Assembly: GCA_051654725.1 (NCBI GenBank)
Contig: JBOFYP010000073.1
Location: forward strand, 4,199-68,198
Direction of reading: 5' to 3'
Length of the DNA: 64,000 nt
Source: Cetobacterium sp.
GTDB lineage: Bacteria > Fusobacteriota > Fusobacteriia > Fusobacteriales > Fusobacteriaceae
Part shown: positions 59,992 to 64,000 of the stretch, in pieces
How the letters are laid out: each line of letters begins with the position of its first letter
Numbering within the stretch: the stretch's first letter is position 1
Position numbers and translations under genes: made by a program
Notes under the pieces: model-generated
Seen by the model: the letters and a program-made list of their open reading frames with translations, nothing else
What the model was told of the DNA's origin: nothing
Database searches by the model: none

Positions 59992-61583
59992 TGAGGATAA
60001 AAAATATAGTTATATTAAGTTTTTGTCTTTTGAGTTTTTTAGCTTGTACTGGAAATTCAACAAAAGATTATAGTAAAAGTTCGGCAAAAGTGAATAAATC
60101 AAAAATAGTTAAACCGAAACAAAATAATAAAAAAAGTAATAATTTAAAAGGCGACAGAGTAGATTTGTATGGAAATTATATAAAAGATAATGTGCCAATA
60201 GCTAAGCCAATAACATATCTTAAATATGTTAATGATATGGAATTTCCAAAAATGCCATTCAAATCATACTCAGAAGCTGAGTTTTTAGCTTTTTATAAAA
60301 ATACAAAAGTTAGAGGTCATGGAGATAGTTCTAATTATTGGAGATGGAAATTAAGTTTAAGTAAGAATGAATTAAGTAATGTATTGAACAAAAACTTAGT
60401 TTCTCTTTCTAAAAGAAGACCAAAAGAGGTTTTAACTTATGACAAAAATGAATGGAGTTATAAGTCTTTACCACTAAATCCAGTAGGAGAAGTAGTAGAT
60501 ATTAGAATTTTAGAAAGAGGAAAATCAGGACTTGTTATAAAGCTTTTAGTGAAAGGGACTAGAGGTCAATATATAGTTGCTAAAGAAGGAAATGTTAGAA
60601 GTGTTTTAGGAGTTGGAAAAAATAGTATAAATTCAGTAGTAAATTTATTTGGAGCTAAAGGTGGTAGTCAAACTTATAATGAAAAACCTATTTCAAAAAA
60701 CCCATCACTATTACCATCAGCATTTTTATCAATTCAAAAATCTGCAAATGGTTCTTACAATATATATGGTGGAGGATATGGGCATGGCTCTGGAATCCCT
60801 CAATGGTCAGCAATGGATTTAACTAAAAATAAAGGTTATTCGTATAAAAAAGTTTTAGAAAGATATTATTTTGATACAAAAATTAAAAATATTAAATCTG
60901 TAAAAGGTTTAGAGGATAAGATAAAAGTTGGAATTATGAATAGCGGATATAGCTCAATAGATCACACTAAAATTACTATGTATTCAGCAGGAACTTTAAG
61001 AATAAAAAGTAAGGATGCAAATTTGAAAATATCTGAAAATACATTAATAGATTTTGTATCTAAAGATGGATTTACTCAAGTCATTATAAATGGTAAATTG
61101 AAAGTAAAAACAAAAAATTATATATCAATTACATCAAATAAGATGATTTCATTGACTAATATAAAAAGAAATATAAAAAATCATAAATATCCTACTTACA
61201 AAGGAAGTTTTGAAATACGTTTAGCAAATGAAGGTAAAAATTTAAATCTTATAAACGAAATATTAATAGAAGATTATCTACTTCAGGTGGTTCCAAGTGA
61301 AATGCCTAAAAGTTTTGGTTTAGAAGCTTTAAAAGTTCAAGCTATAGCTGCTAGAACATATGCAGCTAAAGATTTATTGAGAAATAGATATGCAAAATTA
61401 GGATTTCATATATTAGATAGTACACAGAGTCAAGTGTATAATAATTTAGATGAAAATGATTTGTGTAATGAAGCTGTTAAATCAACTAAAGGATTGATAT
61501 TAATACATGATGATAAGCCAATTGATGCTAAATATTATTCAACTTCATCTGGATTTAATTCAAATGCTCATAATGTATGGTAA
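59991..61583 (+). CDS. SpoIID/LytB-family lipoprotein (putative lytic transglycosylase), circularly permuted
   Basis: Lipobox FLAC; EDYL..VVPSEMP, EALKVQAIAARTYA, SQVY; GYGHG.G.PQW. Confidence 0.88.
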   Translation: MRIKNIVILSFCLLSFLACTGNSTKDYSKSSAKVNKSKIVKPKQNNKKSNNLKGDRVDLYGNYIKDNVPIAKPITYLKYVNDMEFPKMPFKSYSEAEFLAFYKNTKVRGHGDSSNYWRWKLSLSKNELSNVLNKNLVSLSKRRPKEVLTYDKNEWSYKSLPLNPVGEVVDIRILERGKSGLVIKLLVKGTRGQYIVAKEGNVRSVLGVGKNSINSVVNLFGAKGGSQTYNEKPISKNPSLLPSAFLSIQKSANGSYNIYGGGYGHGSGIPQWSAMDLTKNKGYSYKKVLERYYFDTKIKNIKSVKGLEDKIKVGIMNSGYSSIDHTKITMYSAGTLRIKSKDANLKISENTLIDFVSKDGFTQVIINGKLKVKTKNYISITSNKMISLTNIKRNIKNHKYPTYKGSFEIRLANEGKNLNLINEILIEDYLLQVVPSEMPKSFGLEALKVQAIAARTYAAKDLLRNRYAKLGFHILDSTQSQVYNNLDENDLCNEAVKSTKGLILIHDDKPIDAKYYSTSSGFNSNAHNVW

Positions 61584-61590
61584 AAAATCA

Positions 61591-61639
61591 TTGACTAATT
61601 GGTCATTATAGATTAAAATATTCTGTGACTATGTGGTCA
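61591..61639 (+). promoter_or_regulatory. tetR-efflux promoter with two palindromic operators
   Basis: TTGACT (61591)-17 nt-TAAAAT (61614). TGACTAATTGGTCA at 61592-61605 and TGACTATGTGGTCA at 61626-61639. Confidence 0.8.
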
Positions 61640-61669
61640 TTTTAGAATTAGTTTTATTAAGGAGCATAA

Positions 61670-62299
61670 ATGGATAAAAAAAATAAAATTTTAGAAGCAG
61701 CAAAGGATGTTCTTTTAAAAAAAGGTGTTTTTAAAACAAGAGTAGAAGATATAACTACTCATTTAGGTATTGCTAAAGGTAGTTTTTATACATATTTTAA
61801 ATCTAAAGATAAATTATTAGAAGATATTGTAGAAGGAGTTTATAAAATACGAGAAAATGAATTAGAGGTTCTTACAAATAAAACATTCGATTATAGAGAG
61901 CAGTTAAAATCATTTATTATAAAAAGATTTGTAACGTCATCAGAAAATTTAAAGTCACATTTAATATTAATAAATTTGACAAGAAATTTAGAGCACCTTA
62001 CTCCAGAACTTAGAGATAGGCTTTTAAAAATCGAATTTTTAAATCGGAAATTTTTAAAAAAAATCATAAAAAATATTCCAAATGTAAATTATTCTGAAAA
62101 AGAGATAAGTGTTATGATAATTTTTATTTTAGGTGGTATAAAAACTTACCGAATGGAAAGATTGTTTTATAAGAATACAGAGGATTATTTTATAAGTGAC
62201 ATAGAAGAGTTTAAGAAAAGAGTAAATAAAATAGAGTTAGACCAAGAGGTAGATTTAGTTGTAAATGGAATTTTAAAATTATTAACAGGAGGAAATTAA
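61670..62299 (+). CDS. TetR/AcrR-family transcriptional regulator
   Basis: ILEAA....KG...T.VEDI...LGIAKGSFYTYFKSKD HTH. Confidence 0.95.
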   Translation: MDKKNKILEAAKDVLLKKGVFKTRVEDITTHLGIAKGSFYTYFKSKDKLLEDIVEGVYKIRENELEVLTNKTFDYREQLKSFIIKRFVTSSENLKSHLILINLTRNLEHLTPELRDRLLKIEFLNRKFLKKIIKNIPNVNYSEKEISVMIIFILGGIKTYRMERLFYKNTEDYFISDIEEFKKRVNKIELDQEVDLVVNGILKLLTGGN

Positions 62300-63564
62300 T
62301 GAAAAAGTTATTAGGATTACTAGTATTACTTTCAACAGCAGCCTTTTCGAGAGAGTTAACGTTAGAAAGTGCAATTGATTTAGCATTAGAAAATGGAAAA
62401 ACAATAAAAAGTACAGAGCTTTCTAGAGAAAATGCTATTTTGAATGTAAGAAGAGCTTTTAAAGCCGCATTACCAACAGTTACATATGATGGAAAATATC
62501 AAAGGTCAGAGCATACAGCAAGATCTATGAATGATATGAATGATAATCAAAAATCTGGATATACACAAACTCTGGGTTTGTATCAACCTTTATTTAGAGG
62601 TGGGGCTATAACAGGTGGAGTTATAGGAGCAGAAGCTTCTAAAAATATGGCTAACATATATGTTTTAGCAGAAAAAAGAGATGTAAGATTAGATATAATT
62701 TCAATCTATTCAAGTATTATAAATTATGAAAAGGATTTAACTGTATTAGAAGTTTCTATGAAAGAGTTAGAAGCTAGAAATATGAAGCAAAAAGAGCAAT
62801 TAGATTTAAGATTAATAACAAAAGCTGATTTATTAAAAACAGAATATTCAATCTTAGAATTAGAATCTCAAATTACAGGAACAAAAACAAATTTAGAGAT
62901 AGCAAAAAAAGATTTAAAATTAAAACTTATGATTCCTAAAGGTGAAGAGATAGTATTGAGAGATTTCGTAGTTCCTACAAATTTAACAGCTGGAATAAAT
63001 TTTGATAATGATTTAAATGTAGCATTAACAAGTAGTTTATCTGCAAAATTAGCAATAAATAAAGTTGAATATGCATCAGCACAAAAAATTGTAACGAGAT
63101 CAACATTATTACCTCAAGTAGATGCATTTGGAACTTATGGTACTGCAAAAGAAAGCCATCATTTTGATAATAGTTTTGATAATGCAGAATGGAGAGGTGG
63201 AATAAGTGTTAAATGGGATGTATTCTCATTTGGAAGCGGTATAGACCAATATAACGTAGCTAAGAATAATGAAAATATTGAAAACTTAAATCAAGAATTA
63301 ACTTTGGATAATATAAAATTGTCAGTAACAAAAAATTATAGAGAGCTAATACGTTTACAGCAATTAAAAAATTCAAGAAGTAAAGCTTTAGAAGCAGCAA
63401 CAGAAAACTTCAATATAGATACAGAGAGATACAATGCAGGATTAATTTCAACTGTTGATTATTTGTTGGCAGAAAGTCAATACAGAGAAGCTTCAGTGGA
63501 ATATAACTCATCAAGATTAAATTATTATGTAGCATTTGAAAAATATAGATCGTCACTTATTTAA
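62299..63564 (+). CDS. TolC-family outer-membrane efflux protein
   Basis: Signal peptide, LTLE.AI.LAL.N, duplicated OEP repeats (LP.V...QPLF.GG), RYNAGL....D.L.AE. Confidence 0.92.
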   Translation: MKKLLGLLVLLSTAAFSRELTLESAIDLALENGKTIKSTELSRENAILNVRRAFKAALPTVTYDGKYQRSEHTARSMNDMNDNQKSGYTQTLGLYQPLFRGGAITGGVIGAEASKNMANIYVLAEKRDVRLDIISIYSSIINYEKDLTVLEVSMKELEARNMKQKEQLDLRLITKADLLKTEYSILELESQITGTKTNLEIAKKDLKLKLMIPKGEEIVLRDFVVPTNLTAGINFDNDLNVALTSSLSAKLAINKVEYASAQKIVTRSTLLPQVDAFGTYGTAKESHHFDNSFDNAEWRGGISVKWDVFSFGSGIDQYNVAKNNENIENLNQELTLDNIKLSVTKNYRELIRLQQLKNSRSKALEAATENFNIDTERYNAGLISTVDYLLAESQYREASVEYNSSRLNYYVAFEKYRSSLI

Positions 63565-63577
63565 TTCGGGAGGAAAG

Positions 63578-64000
63578 ATGAAAAAGGGATTTTTAATACT
63601 ATCAGTAGCAGCAGTTTTAGTAACTGCATGTGGGAAAAAAGAGGAAGTAATAATAGAAAAGGTGAAAAAACCAGTCGTAGCAGCAACTGTAACGAATCAA
63701 GAAGTTTCAGATATGTATACAACTGATGGAACTTTAGTGCCACAAGAAAAGGTTGATCACACTTTAGAAACTCAAGGGACAGTTTCTGTTGTTTTAAAGA
63801 AAAATGGAGATTTTGTAAATAAGGGTGAATTAGTAGTAAAATTTAAAGATGCAAAAGTAGAATCAAGTTACGAGGCAGCTAAATTTAATCTTCAATCAAC
63901 AAAAAATAACTACGAGAAATTTAATAAACTTTATGAAAAAAAGATGGTTTCTCAACTTGAACTTTTAAATTATAAAGATGCATACACAAATGCAGTAGCA
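63578..64000 (+). CDS. RND efflux periplasmic adaptor (AcrA-like lipoprotein), 3' truncated
   Basis: ATG 63578 after GGGAGG. MKKGFLILSVAAVLVTAC lipobox, lipoyl-like G.V..V.KKNGDFVNKGELVV, alpha-hairpin. Follows tolC. Not in the ORF track because it runs off the window. Confidence 0.88.
   Translation, partial: MKKGFLILSVAAVLVTACGKKEEVIIEKVKKPVVAATVTNQEVSDMYTTDGTLVPQEKVDHTLETQGTVSVVLKKNGDFVNKGELVVKFKDAKVESSYEAAKFNLQSTKNNYEKFNKLYEKKMVSQLELLNYKDAYTNAVA

Noticed and set aside
61563-61590. dif-like sequence AATGCTCATAA-TGTATG resembling the XerC arm and spacer of E. coli dif
   Set aside because: The XerD arm (TTATGTTAAAT) is absent, the match lies in coding sequence (NAHNVW-stop), and gene orientation does not switch here.
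1-64000. CRISPR arrays, tRNA/rRNA genes, IS elements, defence systems
   Set aside because: Intergenic gaps are all short (under about 300 bp) and are explained by promoters, terminators and the riboswitch. I saw no repeat-spacer pattern, cloverleaf or transposase.

Overview
A low-GC, gene-dense bacterial core-genome segment with about 55 genes, all but one on the + strand. It combines LPS/outer-membrane genes with Firmicute-like gene blocks and anaerobic fermentation genes, which suggests Fusobacteriaceae, possibly Cetobacterium (inferred, not verified). The window opens with tcdA (partial), a flavodoxin, a rhodanese and a cobalamin riboswitch ahead of a TonB receptor and a BtuF-like protein. 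Next come ricT, a tRNA methyltransferase, uvrB, xseA, a TPR protein, dprA, topA, trmFO, a xer-like gene, yqeH, a pilin-like ORF, an FAD oxidoreductase and ftsY. The middle holds pta-ackA, PFOR, an LPS core cluster running into recA-recX-plsC, pflB-pflA and tsaD. The remainder holds dusB, mutS, a giant LptC/LptA-like gene, lptB, alaS, ruvX, secD, secF, alr, rlmI, cvpA, lptF, lptG, an M16 peptidase, dut, rodA, an RluA-family gene, a histidine phosphatase, kdsB, a SpoIID/LytB gene, and a tetR-tolC-adaptor efflux locus (partial). I found no rRNA, tRNA, CRISPR array or mobile element. Four observations stand out: (1) a circularly permuted SpoIID/LytB lipoprotein; (2) the same twin TGAC-N6-GTCA operator layout at the PFOR promoter and the tetR-efflux promoter; (3) a 918-aa membrane-anchored multi-jellyroll protein in place of lptC-lptA; (4) a Xer-like recombinase lacking its first catalytic Arg.
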